Below, in pieces: positions 24,811-37,469 of a stretch of 64,000 nucleotides of DNA. A program made the translations under genes and the position numbers. The DNA is from Nemertoderma westbladi (Eukaryota > Animalia > Xenacoelomorpha). The first letter of the stretch is position 1, and each line of letters begins with the position of its first letter. The notes below the pieces were generated by a model. That model was not told where the DNA came from. It did not search any database and saw only the letters and a list, made by a program, of their open reading frames with translations. Location of the stretch: NCBI GenBank assembly GCA_032718475.1, contig JAUCBJ010008352.1, forward strand, positions 23,670 to 87,669, in the 5' to 3' direction.

Positions 24811-26181
24811 GTCAATTATTTATAATAACTGAATTTCTGAATTTTAGGGTTACTTCCCTTTACTTTATTACTGTTATTAAGCAGTAGTTCAACTGATATT
24901 AAGACCTAATTGATGTATAACAGGCCTACTATTTTATAAATCGGTTTGAGTTGATTTATAATAAATCATGTACCCGTACAAGGGTTTTTGACAATGTTTG
25001 AAATAAATGTTATTATTTCTAGATAAGGAGTCACTACACAGAAGCTGTACGCTCTCAGTGGAGTGCTACTTGCTGGACACTAAAACGAATAATTCTACTT
25101 TACTAAGTTACTTATCACTACAAATTACTTACAATTACAGTTTGAGATTACAATCTCTAAATAAACAATAACAAGTTACACATACAATTTGTTATGGTAA
25201 TTTTACAAGAAATCTACAAACCAGCCTAACAAGGAGTTAGAATTTCTGGTTCTTACAAACTGACAGGAAACTACGGTATTTGAAAACAATAAAGCAGTAG
25301 TAAGTAAATTGCGTTGTCCAGATAAGAAAATACCACCGTCTGACGACTTATAGTCTTAGCTCTATAAGTACTACGTTATGTACCCGGAGTGTCCTTACCT
25401 AGAAGTTAATTACTGCAGCCAACCAGAGCTAACGTGCCTATTAACCACTTTACAACACAAATATACTGCCTACACACTAAATTACTTTCGGAAAGCACTG
25501 TACTCTAAACCCTAAATTAGGTACAAGTACTTATACAACAAATAACTAGCAGTTAAATATACTTGAACAGCCAAAAGAACCACGGTATCTGCTGGAGTGA
25601 CCGGAGCACAAAATCACCAGTCTTTACCTACGCCAAGCAGCCCTGGTGTAGTACCGGGGTTAATTTAACTATAACGGTATGTATAACAAGCACAATTACT
25701 GTAGGAATAAACTTGGGGAATTGGTGGTTGCGAATACTCGCATCGACTCTGAATAATAAATATTACGCTACCCGTGCAGACTATACAAACAAAATACAGA
25801 CCAAATGCTGGCAGACTACTGGCAAGCCTAAATAAACTACAGTATATGCAGACTCCGAAATGGTTAGTTAGTAGGCGTTCTAACCCAGTAGTACGACTTA
25901 TTCTTTCGGGGGGATTTACCTTACAACACTGGATGCCCCCACCTTCTTAACTAGCACTTTATCGGACAGACACTCTACACACACTGCAATCGCTTCAGAC
26001 CTAACAACAGTCAGACAACAATCCGGCCTACAAATTATTTATACAATCTGAGCTGGCTTACACGCCTTCTGCTCAATATTACACTTACAGATAAATAAAA
26101 CTGACAGAAATAAGTAAACCATACAAAGGAATAAGGGGTGATCGATCCCTAATCCCCTAACAGCCTACAATATACAATATT

Positions 26182-26439
26182 GAGCAGCTTGGTCTAGTGG
26201 TGACATTACTGTGCTTCCGATTAGGGAGCCCGGGTTCGATCCCTAGATGGGGCAGCTCTATTTGGGCACAGTGCTTTAAATGCTGCAGCCTAGCCCAACC
26301 CCGGCTTTCATCCTTCAGTGGTCAATAAATGGGAACCAAGGCAACTTGGGAAACAGAGTGGAAGGGTTTACTGTGGAAGATCACCCATGGTGGTGAACAG
26401 GCATTCCTTGGCTTAACGAGCCTAAAAGATTCTCCCATT
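26182..26439 (+). mobile_element. tRNA-derived SINE (Meta-domain-like central region) inserted in element B leader
   Basis: A box tggtctagtgg (26190), B box ggttcgatccc (26232), central ggctttcatccttcagtggtcaataaatgggaacc. Perfect 14-bp TSD caatatacaatatt at 26168-26181 / 26440-26453. Confidence 0.85.
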
Positions 26440-26478
26440 CAATATACAATATTTCTCAATCGAAATAATACTAAGTCA

Positions 26479-27045
26479 CAGTTGCTACCGGTAACCTGTT
26501 CCTCTCACCTGCAGTAATCAAGAAGATTGGGGGTTTTATGATTATTCATCGGTATTATCCAAATATATCAGCAATATACATCCATATAACAACAATTAAT
26601 AATAGAAGTAAAATAATGCAGTGAACAATCAGTATGTGTTACGTAATGCAAAGACCGTAAGTTAAATGCAGTTTTTGCAGTGTAGTTCTTCAGGTAGTTC
26701 TTCAGGTAATAGATTTACATTCCTATAATCAAAGCCTTCAGATGTTCTTAGGCCAAAGTCTGAAACTTCCAAAACAGAAGTAACAGAAGATTTCAAGCCG
26801 GTTCTTAGGCTCAGAAAGGTAAACAAAGAAACATAAAATGAAAATCGCTCTGATTGGCCGAATTAGGCAGAACAAAGAAAAGTTCCACGTTTACAGGAAA
26901 TCAGCTGACAGATTTCGTCATCTGAGCTCCAATCTTTTAGAGTATTATGCGCATTGCGGCAAAAATGACTTGTTATGTCCGCAAAAGCACCTACAGTGCG
27001 CATTGCGTGGAAAAATGACTTGTTATGTCCGCAAAAGCTTTTACA
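26479..27045 (-). repeat. 5' LTR of element B
   Basis: Direct repeat of 14432-15021, ending ...aaaagcttttaca on the plus strand. CCAAT (ggccaatcag) on the minus strand. Confidence 0.85.
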
Positions 27046-27109
27046 GTTAGTGTCTGCAATGGGGGATCGATTCGACCCCCCCCCCCCCCCCTCTCCCCTT
27101 AATATCTCG

Positions 27110-28322
27110 GCCCCGTTTCGGTCAATCGTCATGAAATTTGGTACATATATACTATGATATATACACTACAAGTTTATGAAGTGGTAACACCTAGATACTG
27201 TCGGTTCGTGAGTTTTGGCTGTCTGGCTGTCTGTCTGTTGTCTGTTCTTTTGGATGTACATAATACGTAAATATTTTATCATGGCTTAGTTTCATTCAAC
27301 AACATACTCACCCTTTGTGGATAATGTTTTCTTTACCAACGAATGACGCTCTGGTCTGCCAGTCTGTACGTCTGTTCAACTTTGTCTGTCTGCTTGTCTG
27401 TCAATTAGAATTACAGTAATGCTTGTAAAGTTCTATATAATTTTGGAAACAAACACAATATAATTTCAATAATTAGATATTATTGATTTACTCATATGAA
27501 TTTTATGCTTGTTGATGAGTGCAGCATTTACCTTATATAATGAACAGACAGACCGACAACAAGACAGACAGACATACTGACAAAGAGACAGACTTACAAT
27601 AAATTACAGACACAACAGACGTCATAAAATGTCTGTTTGAAACAATTGTATGTTCTTATACTGCAATTTAGTAGATAAATGTACTTGACTAAAATAGAAA
27701 GACTGATCGACAAACAGACAGACTGACAGACAGACAGACAGACATGATTGTCTGTCTATATTTTTAAAAATCATGTCCGATCGGTAGTGAAACTACTGCC
27801 TGCATATGAGGAAATTATCACAAAATTTCAGCCCCTCAAGTCTTATCAGTTTTTCACAGCACCAACGCACACACTAACTAACAAACAGACAGACAGATAT
27901 AAATTAATTTGCTGTCCACCACTTGTATTCTCACAGCACAAGGTTGAGTATAGGTTGATCCTGCCGGTGGAAACTGTGCCCAGCAAGCATCAGGCGGCGT
28001 CTCTGCAGGGTGATGCTGGGTTGTGACAATGATATGTTACCATAGTTGTATAACACACCATTGCTTATTTGTGCGTCATATGCAACGTTATGCAATTTAT
28101 ACAATTTATCCTTTAAAAGTCTTGATTTAGTGGTATAATTTTATGTCTCATCATTTTATCATTTCATTGTATCATATACATACAATCTAAAATGAGCAGA
28201 GAAACTGACAGACAGTCAGTCAGTCAGACCGACAGACAGGGTGTTATACTGATATGAATTTTATATTTCATTGATAATTGTAGCATACCAGAGAAACAGA
28301 CAGACGGCGGACAAACGGACAT

Positions 28323-28361
<39 letters not shown>

Positions 28362-28460
28362 TAAACGTCGTATAAATTTCAAAGACCTCACACGTTATAA
28401 AATATCTCAAGTACCAATATCGACAGATCGACCAACACACGGAAGGACGGACAACGGTTG
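27110..28460. repeat. (GACA)n/(TGTC)n-rich interspersed repeat fragments, possibly Helentron/DINE-like non-autonomous elements
   Basis: gtcaatcgtcatgaaatttggtac and caaaatttcagccc motifs with cagacagaca runs in both orientations. Family assignment is inference. Confidence 0.35.
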
Positions 28461-29709
28461 AAAAAAATAAAAAAACTACATATACAATACTGTACGGTAA
28501 GCAGTATTGCTGTATTATAGAATACTGAATTCATGATTTAGAGAGTTGCTCGGACATTTTGCGTGTTGTCCCCAGACGCTCTGATTAACTGTTGTTAATT
28601 ACTTTTAGGACTGCGATATACTATTATTCACATTCTTTGTGGCCATTTTTGACAATGTTCAACCATTCGTTCACTGTGGCTGATTGTTTTCACCGTTTTT
28701 AGGTGTTGTCACAAATTCCACCTATCCCGACTGATATTCCAGAACGTTAATCAAATAATTAAACCAAAAATTTGATTAAACTAGCTTCTTGAGTAAAATA
28801 TCATACAACTTAATTAACATTTTAATGCTAAATTTATTAATAATTACCAACGTAATTACTTAGAATATATAATGAGAAATAATTTAATATTATTTGTTAT
28901 TAATCAGCAACAAATCAATAAAGATTATTGTTGGTAAATCGTCACCACATCAAATATTGCATAACACTTAATACAGAAAGTAGTGACAAAAATCCTATTA
29001 TTATTATTATTATTTTAATTCAGCTAAAAATGCCATATCTAAAAAATAAAACAAAATAGAGTAACTAATTAAAATCACCAAAATAGGTATAAATATGATT
29101 GAAAATGAATTTAAATAAAATAAATATATATAAAGATAAAAGCAGATGCAATAGGCTAAAAATACAATTAACTTTAGGCACGACTCATTCTATTAAAAGT
29201 AGTAAAAATTGTAGATACATGACGACAACAGCACGAATCATTGAAACTATTATATTGGTTGACTGGTCTACTCTTCTACTGTATATAGACTAACTAGGGA
29301 CAACGATTTCTCTAATGGATCTAATGTTGTAATTTAAAAGCATCGTGCTTGCGTTCTTTATGGTCTCTGTTTCACAATTATATAATTTAATGCCAAATAA
29401 AGATCTCACGGCTCTGTGTAGACCGACACGTCAATTCGGGAATTCATTGGTGATTGTCTGTGTGTGTAATCATGCCTATGCAGCTACTACTGGTGTAGGC
29501 TATGCTAGCACTCTGTCTCTGACTGCCTGACTGTGGACTGAATGTACGAACTTTGAACTCTATAACTTACCCCATCGCCTCATCTTCACACGGCCGTATT
29601 TAACTTACGACTCAAGTAAATTTGGCTGCACAGGAAATTCCCGTTATCATAACAACCCAACCTACCGGCCTAGTCTACCGGTACTACCATACGCGCCGGC
29701 GCCGGAACC

Positions 29710-30494
29710 ATGTCGTCGCAAATACATAAAATCGAGGCCCTAATTGAGCGGAAATTTGCTGCACTTGAAAATGACATCCGAGTCCGAGTCGGCTGTCCGA
29801 GTCGAATTATGATTTGCAACAGTATATACGTAGAAACTGTGTTCTATTTCACGGGATCCCTGAATCTTCCTTCCATAATGATTGGATAAAGATCGTAGAA
29901 TTACTGACATGCATCGGGATAAATCCTGATGTAATCGACGTTGTACATCGGCTCGGGAAATACTTCCCGGCAACGGCACACGGCACTAGCTCGGGTTCCT
30001 CCGCTTCTAATAGTCCCTCAGGTGGGCCCAATACGACGCAGGGTAAAGTAAGACCAGTCATTGTTCGCTTTCTTGGTCATTCGACTCGCTATGCAATTTT
30101 CGGAAAGCGTAAGGAGTTTCCGAAGGGGATTTACGTTAGCGACCACCTGACTCCGGCGAGGGCTGAAATTCTACGAGAAGCTAAGTCACACAAACGGGCG
30201 GGTCGGATTCATGCTGCGTACTCGATAAATGGCGTAATAAACATCCGTGTCAAAGAAGGACCTGATGCTGGTAGTCGACCTCACGTTGTTCGCAGCATTA
30301 AAGATATCACTTCTCTCCTGGCTGCCGGTACGGGTAATCCAATTTCCGTTTCTGATAATGCCGAAACCAATTCCATAAATCGGGAGTTTCTTGGAGTTTC
30401 CACTCGTTCTCGGAAGACTAACAGCACCATTGTAAGTACCAGCACTGGGACGAGTAACGGGTTCGATGTATTGACGGACGATTGTGATCAGTGA
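29710..30494 (+). CDS. LINE ORF1 (CR1-type coiled-coil/RRM-like), one frameshift near 29775-29810
   Basis: ATG at 29710 (MSSQIHKIEALIERKFAALEND), then in another frame QQYIRRNCVLFHGIPES, HRLGK, RPVIVRF, IYVSDHLT. A tccgag duplication lies at the frame break. Confidence 0.75.
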
Positions 30495-30983
30495 ATTCAG
30501 ACTGAGTGAGTAATTATCTGTACGATCAAGTGAACCTAACATATTTACTCCTGTAAGAGCCCTTTAAATACGGTAGGCCTATATATATCCTATAAATATC
30601 GTGAATTGCAGAAGAGCTTCCATGTCTTACTATATTTTTTAGAATCTTGTCAGAAAATTATGTCATCAGGGAGCTATTTACTATTTTTTTTCTTTTTTTT
30701 TTTGTAATTTAGTACCAGCTTTTGCGCTATTTACTATTACTTGGATGCATAATGGGGAAATTTTAAAGTACTACGTATCGTGTGCATTCAGTCCGATATC
30801 GCTTTATAAATTACATTTATAATTGGCTGGAGACAGTGGGCTGGCAGGTGGCCATTCCAATAGCGCCAATTCCTAACAACGTAAGAATCTTGTATTGTTC
30901 TATGTGTGTGTACGTACACATATTAACCGACTTGTAGGTACTGTAGTGTTAGTAGGATCTATAGAACTACATTATATATATCT

Positions 30984-33900
30984 ATGTCAGTAAAAGTAAA
31001 CCCTAATAACCAACAACCGAATATCAACCTAACACCTGATTCATGCTCACTATGTTTTAGTTGTTTTTCTTATAAGGACCTAAACCGATTCTATTGTTCT
31101 ATTTGCGAATGTAATTTTCATTTACAATGTGGAACTTGTATGTCTCTGGATGATGCCTATCATAATTTATCATCCACTAATTATGGGGCTTTGTATTGTA
31201 TATTTTGTTACAGCTCCATTTTCCCCTTTTTTAATGTACCAAGCACGGATAGTGATGTATTTCACAGTACGAATAATGTAGATAATATACTTGAATCTGG
31301 CAACTTTTTTGCTGACATTGACCCTGATGATAACTTAGTTGACGCCAGTATACCTGGTGGCTATTATGACCAAGACCTCTTTAATAATAAATTTGGTGAC
31401 ACGGAAAAAAATATATCGTTGATGCATTTAAATTGCCGAAGTTTGGCAACAAATATACGGGATATATCCGAATATATCGCGGGTCTAGATAGTCAATTCG
31501 ATGTACTGGCTTTTACTGAGACGTTCTCTAAGGACGATAATCGAATTAAATTGCTAAATATTGACGGTTACAATGACCCAATATTTGACCATCGCGATTC
31601 AGGGGAAGCTCGTGGTGGTTGTGCCATTTACATTAAGAAGGGTTTATCTTTTACACCAAGACCAGATTTAAAAATTCCGGGGCATGATAATTTATGGGTT
31701 GAATTACCTTATACGACAAGTAAGAAAACCCTGATTGTGGGATGTATATATAGATCAGAGAAACTTTTTCCATACGATATATTTATGCAGAAACTCGATG
31801 ACACCCTAACTAAACTTAGTAAAAAAAATAATGATATTTTAATTTGCGGTGACACTAATATAAATCTGCTGAAACAAAGTGACCGATCTCAAACCTACAA
31901 AGACCTACTATCTTCTTTTGGTTATAAGCAACTAATTACTGAGGCCACACGTATATACAAAAACAGTAAATCTCTTATTGATCACATTGCCACTAATATT
32001 GGTGCCCAAGTAATCCACAGCGGAGTATTTCTAACGCAAATTGGAACAAGTGATCACTATCCAATTTTCTGTCTTATTAAAGATTACTCGAATTACTTTT
32101 CACAAGATAAACACTACGGTTACGATTATAGTGCCTTTGATTCAGCAGCTTTTTTAAAAGATTTAAGAAATCCTAATACATGGACATACCGCAATGAATC
32201 TATACACACATCAGATATGTTCAATACCTTCAATGACAATTTTACTAAAATTTGTAACTATCACCTTCCTCTAAAAGAGCTTAAATATAAGAATGCGACC
32301 CCGCGCAGGCCATGGATAAGTACTGGGATATTAAAGTCAATTTATATAAAGAATAAATTATACATAAAATATTTGAAAAAACCAACTTCAGCCAATCTTG
32401 AAATATATAAACGGTATCGCAACAAGCTCACCTACATTCTGAGGTTGGCTGAGAAGCGGTATTATGAAACTAGATTTAGACAATGTGGTGGAAATATAAA
32501 AAGGACATGGCGAGTCATTAATTCTGTAATAACGGGCCGCTCAAAATCGAATAGGCCACAGAAACTGATAGTAGAAAATAATAATACAAAATGTGATATA
32601 ATAGATCCCCAAAGTATTGCTAATTCATTCAATAGTTTTTTCGCTAATATTGGGAAGCAATTGGATGTAAAAATCCCGGTATCCAGATTGAATCCATTAA
32701 GTTTCATTCCCAGACGTTGCTCAGTATCTTCGTCTTTCGCACTAATTGAAACTTCATCGGCTGAGATACAGTATCATATTTTGAACCTTAGTGAATCCAG
32801 TGCGACTAATGATACCTTTCCGTGCAAATTAGTTAGAATGTACTACAGGGAATTATCATGTCATCTTGAATACCTAATAAATATTTCATTTCGATTTTCA
32901 TCATTCCCTGACCAACTCAAACAAGCACGTGTAATACCAGTATTTAAAAAGGGCGAGCCAACTGATAGAGGTAACTATAGACCGGTATCAATTTTGCCTT
33001 TATTTAGCAAGATATACGAGAAAATTATATATGACCAGCTACTGTCCTTTTTTGGGAGAAACAACATTCTAAATCCGAAACAGTTCGGATTCCGTAAATC
33101 TCACAGCACTTTTCACGCAATTTTAGAAATTACTGAAAAAATCAGAGAAACTCTGGATAGTAGTGAATCAGCTTGTGGCGTGTTTGTAGATTTAAAAAAA
33201 GCATTCGATACGATAAACCATCGTATTCTTCTCGATAAACTGAACTGTTATGGAATTAGAGGGAGGCCTCTCGAGTTAATAAAAAACTACTTATCAAATA
33301 GAACTCAACATGTTGCATTTGGCTCACTTAGTTCAGGCAGTCTTAAAATTAGTTGCGGTGTGCCACAGGGTTCAATTCTAGGTCCGTTATTTTTCCTCAT
33401 ATACATAAATGACCTACCGCAAGCAACATCCTTGACCACTGTGTTATTTGCTGATGATACTAGTTTTATTTATAGTTCTAAGTCGGATGCTGAAATACAA
33501 CATAAACTTTGCTCTGAATTAACCGGTATTAGTTATTGGCTCATATCAAATAGATTATCCTTAAATCTGTCTAAGACGGAGTATGTAATTTTCACGAATA
33601 AACAAAATTATAATATTAACATATCAGTAGATAACACCGTTTTAAAGGAAGTATGTGCAGTAAAATACCTAGGTATTTTTATTGACAACCATCTGTCTTG
33701 GAATTCACAAGTGAAACATGTATTAAGTAAAATCTCTAAGGTTTCTGGTATTTTTTACAAATTAAGATATATTTTCCCTCTACATGTACTAAAACTTCTT
33801 TATTTCTCGCTTGTACACCCCTACATTCAATACGGCCTAATCTGCTGGGGTTCTGCTGGTGTGTCTAAAATTGAAAAAATTCGAGTGAAAATAAATAAAA

Positions 33901-34286
33901 TACTCAGGTGTATAACGTTCGCAGAATATAGATCCTCATCATTTCCCATATATAAGTCACTAGGTATCCTACCAATTCAACACTTATATAGGTTACAATT
34001 AGCTACATTTATGCACAGTATACATTACCGTTATGACAAAACTGGCATGTACAACATGTTTGAGAAAATACATACAAAACATTCGCATAATACAAGAGCC
34101 GCGTCTAACAATTTATTCTTTATACCTCGCAGAGAACTGGTCGTTGGTCAAATGTCCTTAAGTTACATGGGTCCAGTAACATGGAATGCTTTACCTAACG
34201 AACTTCGCAATATACGAGGGAAGCGTCTGTTTGTAAATAAGTTAAAAGCTCATCTACTTAATTCAGATGGCCTATCTGCTTCGTAG
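30984..34286 (+). CDS. LINE ORF2: PHD-like finger + AP endonuclease + reverse transcriptase (1100 aa, intact)
   Basis: CSLC...CSIC...FHLQC...CIFC; HLNCRSL, FTET, GDTN, IDHI, SDHYP; NYRPVSIL, DLKKAFD, GVPQGSILGP, FADD, KYLGI. Confidence 0.95.
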   Translation: MSVKVNPNNQQPNINLTPDSCSLCFSCFSYKDLNRFYCSICECNFHLQCGTCMSLDDAYHNLSSTNYGALYCIFCYSSIFPFFNVPSTDSDVFHSTNNVDNILESGNFFADIDPDDNLVDASIPGGYYDQDLFNNKFGDTEKNISLMHLNCRSLATNIRDISEYIAGLDSQFDVLAFTETFSKDDNRIKLLNIDGYNDPIFDHRDSGEARGGCAIYIKKGLSFTPRPDLKIPGHDNLWVELPYTTSKKTLIVGCIYRSEKLFPYDIFMQKLDDTLTKLSKKNNDILICGDTNINLLKQSDRSQTYKDLLSSFGYKQLITEATRIYKNSKSLIDHIATNIGAQVIHSGVFLTQIGTSDHYPIFCLIKDYSNYFSQDKHYGYDYSAFDSAAFLKDLRNPNTWTYRNESIHTSDMFNTFNDNFTKICNYHLPLKELKYKNATPRRPWISTGILKSIYIKNKLYIKYLKKPTSANLEIYKRYRNKLTYILRLAEKRYYETRFRQCGGNIKRTWRVINSVITGRSKSNRPQKLIVENNNTKCDIIDPQSIANSFNSFFANIGKQLDVKIPVSRLNPLSFIPRRCSVSSSFALIETSSAEIQYHILNLSESSATNDTFPCKLVRMYYRELSCHLEYLINISFRFSSFPDQLKQARVIPVFKKGEPTDRGNYRPVSILPLFSKIYEKIIYDQLLSFFGRNNILNPKQFGFRKSHSTFHAILEITEKIRETLDSSESACGVFVDLKKAFDTINHRILLDKLNCYGIRGRPLELIKNYLSNRTQHVAFGSLSSGSLKISCGVPQGSILGPLFFLIYINDLPQATSLTTVLFADDTSFIYSSKSDAEIQHKLCSELTGISYWLISNRLSLNLSKTEYVIFTNKQNYNINISVDNTVLKEVCAVKYLGIFIDNHLSWNSQVKHVLSKISKVSGIFYKLRYIFPLHVLKLLYFSLVHPYIQYGLICWGSAGVSKIEKIRVKINKILRCITFAEYRSSSFPIYKSLGILPIQHLYRLQLATFMHSIHYRYDKTGMYNMFEKIHTKHSHNTRAASNNLFFIPRRELVVGQMSLSYMGPVTWNALPNELRNIRGKRLFVNKLKAHLLNSDGLSAS

Positions 34287-34323
34287 TCACATATTTTTTA
34301 CGTTTCTCCTAATAATATATATT

Positions 34324-34990
34324 ATGTTACATACGGCCTACTGTAACTTATCCATTTGTAACTCATCCATCTCTACCCGGACACGGGGAAATGTTACATA
34401 AGGCCTACTGTATCTTATCCATCACTACCCGGACACGGGGTCATGTTACATAAGGCCTACTGTAACTTATCCATCACTACCCGGACACGGGGTCATGTTA
34501 CATACGGCCTACTGTAACTTATCCATTTGTAATTCATCCATAACTACCCGGACACGGGGTCATGTTACATACGGCCTACTGTAACTTATCCATCACTACC
34601 CGGACACGGGGTCATGCTACATAAGGCCTACTGTGACTTATCCATATCCAGTTGTAACTCATCCATCTCTACCCGGACACGGGGTCATGTTACATAAGGC
34701 CTACTGTGACTTATCCATATCCATTTGTAACTCACCCATCTCTACCCGGACACGGGGTCATGTTACATATGGCCTACTGTAACTTATCCATATCCATTTG
34801 TAACTCATTCATCACTACCCGGACACTGGGACATGTTACATTGGGCCTACTGTAACTTATCCATCACTACCCGGACACGGGGTCATGTTACTTAAGGCAT
34901 ACTATATTTTATCAATTTGCTACATATCCTTATCCATCACTACCCGGGCACGGGGTCATGTTACATAGGGCCTACTGTGACTTATCCGTT
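34324..34990 (+). repeat. Tandem array of ~54-76-bp hairpin-forming units in LINE 3' UTR (about 10 copies)
   Basis: Core catcactacccggacacggggtcatgttacataaggcctactgtaacttatc, with optional catttgtaactcatc inserts. Confidence 0.9.
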
Positions 34991-35419
34991 ACTATCTGTG
35001 TGCGGTGTCAAGTAACAAATTACGTTTAATTGGTTTTTTTGTGAATAAAGAGATTCGGTATTAAATCGCTCAATTGTGTACAAATTTTTTAATTGAAAGT
35101 GATATTTGGTTGTTTGTTTTATATTTTGTTCCATTTTCATTGGGATACTATTCATTTACTTTAAAATCAAACTATGATTAATACGTGTATATGACTATAA
35201 TACGTATTGTATATAATTTTTTATATTTTAAGGGGTACAGCACCTACTAGCAAATTGTGCTATCTTGCTGGCCCCGCCATTGAGTAGGACTGCCCACTGT
35301 CTCTTTTTTATATCCTTTTTTGGGTGTTGTTTTGGTTTATTTAGTGGTGCAGGGTATGTTTATCGACAATTATTAAATAAAACAATAAGTCAAGTCAAAG
35401 TCAATAAGTCAAGACACAG

Positions 35420-37270
35420 ACCTTATTAAAAATAGACTGTAAAATACACTTCGGACCACAAAGCACAACCATAAATTGTAGAGCAAAAGCTGTTGAAAAG
35501 ATATTGTTTTACGTTAACGCTACAATAATTAAACTTTCTAATCAAAATATTTGAGCGACAGTAAAATTTGCAGGTTTGAGCATTTATAATCCCTATCATC
35601 ACAGAAATCCGATGAAATTAAATGTCTTAAATAATTAATTCATCTACAACAGCTAAAGCATGAGAATTCAAATACACTGTAGCAAAACTAAAGAAGTATC
35701 GACTTTTACTACGGAGGTACACATATTTAGATTTCTTTGTGTTAAATGTCATAGAATTATGTGATGCAAATTCCATACACACATCTAATAAGGTCTGCAA
35801 TGCACACGGATTAGTCGTTATTATAGAAATATCATCCTCGTAGATTAAATGGTTTACCAACAATCCATTTAGATTACATCCTATACCAAGCTCATTAAGA
35901 TTAATGCTAAGTTTGTTAATATAAAAAGTAGAAAGACGCGGAGACAGAGGGCTTCTTTGCCTAACGCCGTTAGAACAAGGAAATGGCTCAGATTTGAAAC
36001 TATTCCACACCACACGGCACGTATACACTGGATGGGAATACATACAAACTAAAATACTCACTAAAAATATTGGTATATTACATTCTATTAGTTTGTGAAA
36101 TAAAATACGGTGATTTACATTATCAAAAGCTTTCGAAGCATCTAGAAAGGGAATATATATTCGATCCGTTGTTTAAATAAAAATTAATAAACTCTTTTAA
36201 TGTATATATATACATTATTCGGTACCGTGAACTTTATAAAACCAAATTGGTTGGCAGTAGTTTTAATAATAATTCTAGTCTAGCTAATATAATTAACTCG
36301 TATAACTTAGAAGTAATATTGGCAACCGCTACAAGGCGATAATTACTAGTTTCAGAACCAACACCAGCTTTATCTTTCACAATCGGTGAAATATTAGACT
36401 TCACTAAACTGCTAGGTACAAATCCATGTATATTAAAACTGGTAAAAAGCAATGAAAGCACAGTGACCAGCCGATCTGAGGAATTAATATGCTCAGTATG
36501 TAACCAGTCAGGTCCTGGTGCTTTCTGCAACTTCATTATTATTGAAATGCATTTCAGCGCTGTACTTTATTTTTTCGAATGTCTTACTCAGCTCATTAAC
36601 TTCACATTGTGAGTCATTAACCCCGTTAATTATACCCCTATAGTGGTCTCCCCACATGTTTGCTATATTGGATGTCCCAGTGACACCTCAAATTGTTTCA
36701 GGTGGTTTCACTTTAGATTGGTTATTTTTCGCACATTTGCCCAGAACTTATAACAATCATTGTCATCTAAAGATGTAACCAGTTTATCGCTCCGAATTGT
36801 GTCTGCATTACGCTTAATGGCCAGTAATCGAAGTTTAAACTTTGCCCGCGAGCGAGTCATTAATTGGAACGGTATCCCCGTCCGAGGGCTCCGAGGGCGT
36901 GTGCACTGATGTAGTTCTTCAACCTCATCATTCCACCCGAGTACATTGTGCGAATTGCCATTGCCAGATGAATCCTAGGTATGGGGAACTGACTGCGCAG
37001 CCGACTCAGTAAGAATGTCAGTTATATTCTCATACAGTAGGTTGAGGTCATCCCTGTCTGTGATTTCCTTTTGTACAATAGGGATCTCTACATGATAGGG
37101 CGTACAACGGCATCCCCAGAGCAGAAATGGCGTTGTTAGTGGCAGCCTTGTACTTTCCAAGGTTAAACATGGTTTTCTCCCATTGTGTTCTTGGATAGTA
37201 TACTGGCGACCCTTCTGTGTCATTTGGAGCTGGTCCATTTACATGTATTATATGACAAAAGGTGTCGAAA
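35420..37270 (-). pseudogene. Decayed L2/CR1-like LINE ORF2 fragment
   Basis: KAPGPD, NYRLVAV, LDASKAFDNVNH (~36110-36145), NGVRQRSPLSP, HLIYEDD (YADD equivalent), FNTKKSK. Many stops. Confidence 0.85.
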
Positions 37271-37279
37271 GGGTCTATT

Positions 37280-37469
37280 GTGACCAACTCTGGTGACAAA
37301 GGGGTCAACTCTGGTGTCAAAGAGTTCCACTGAGACAAAGGGGTCCACTTAGACGACAAAGTGATTCACTCTGATGAAAAAGGAAAGGGGTCCACCCTGG
37401 TGTGAAAGGAGTTCACTCTGGTGACATAGGAGTCCACTATGACAAAGATGTCCACTCTAGTGACAGAGC
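37280..37469. repeat. Degenerate ~21-bp minisatellite, interrupted by element C
   Basis: gacaaaggggtc(c/a)actctggt variants, about 9 copies. Confidence 0.7.

Larger units (their letters stand above)
14432..27045 (-). mobile_element. BEL/Pao-related LTR element B, 12.6 kb, gag + large cargo ORF, no pol
   Basis: Direct repeats at 14432-15021 and 26479-27045 (about 8 small differences plus 2 indels by eye). PPT-like GGGAGCGG abuts the 3' LTR. DUF1759-like gag present. No protease, RT, RNase H or integrase motifs seen inside. No TSD found. Confidence 0.85.
29710..35413 (+). mobile_element. CR1/L2-type LINE, near full length (true 5' end lies somewhat upstream, not resolved)
   Basis: ORF1 plus intact ORF2, a 3' UTR with tandem repeats, a terminal stem-loop-like region (~35232-35278) and an aataaa...(aagtc)n tail to ~35413. 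Confidence 0.9.
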
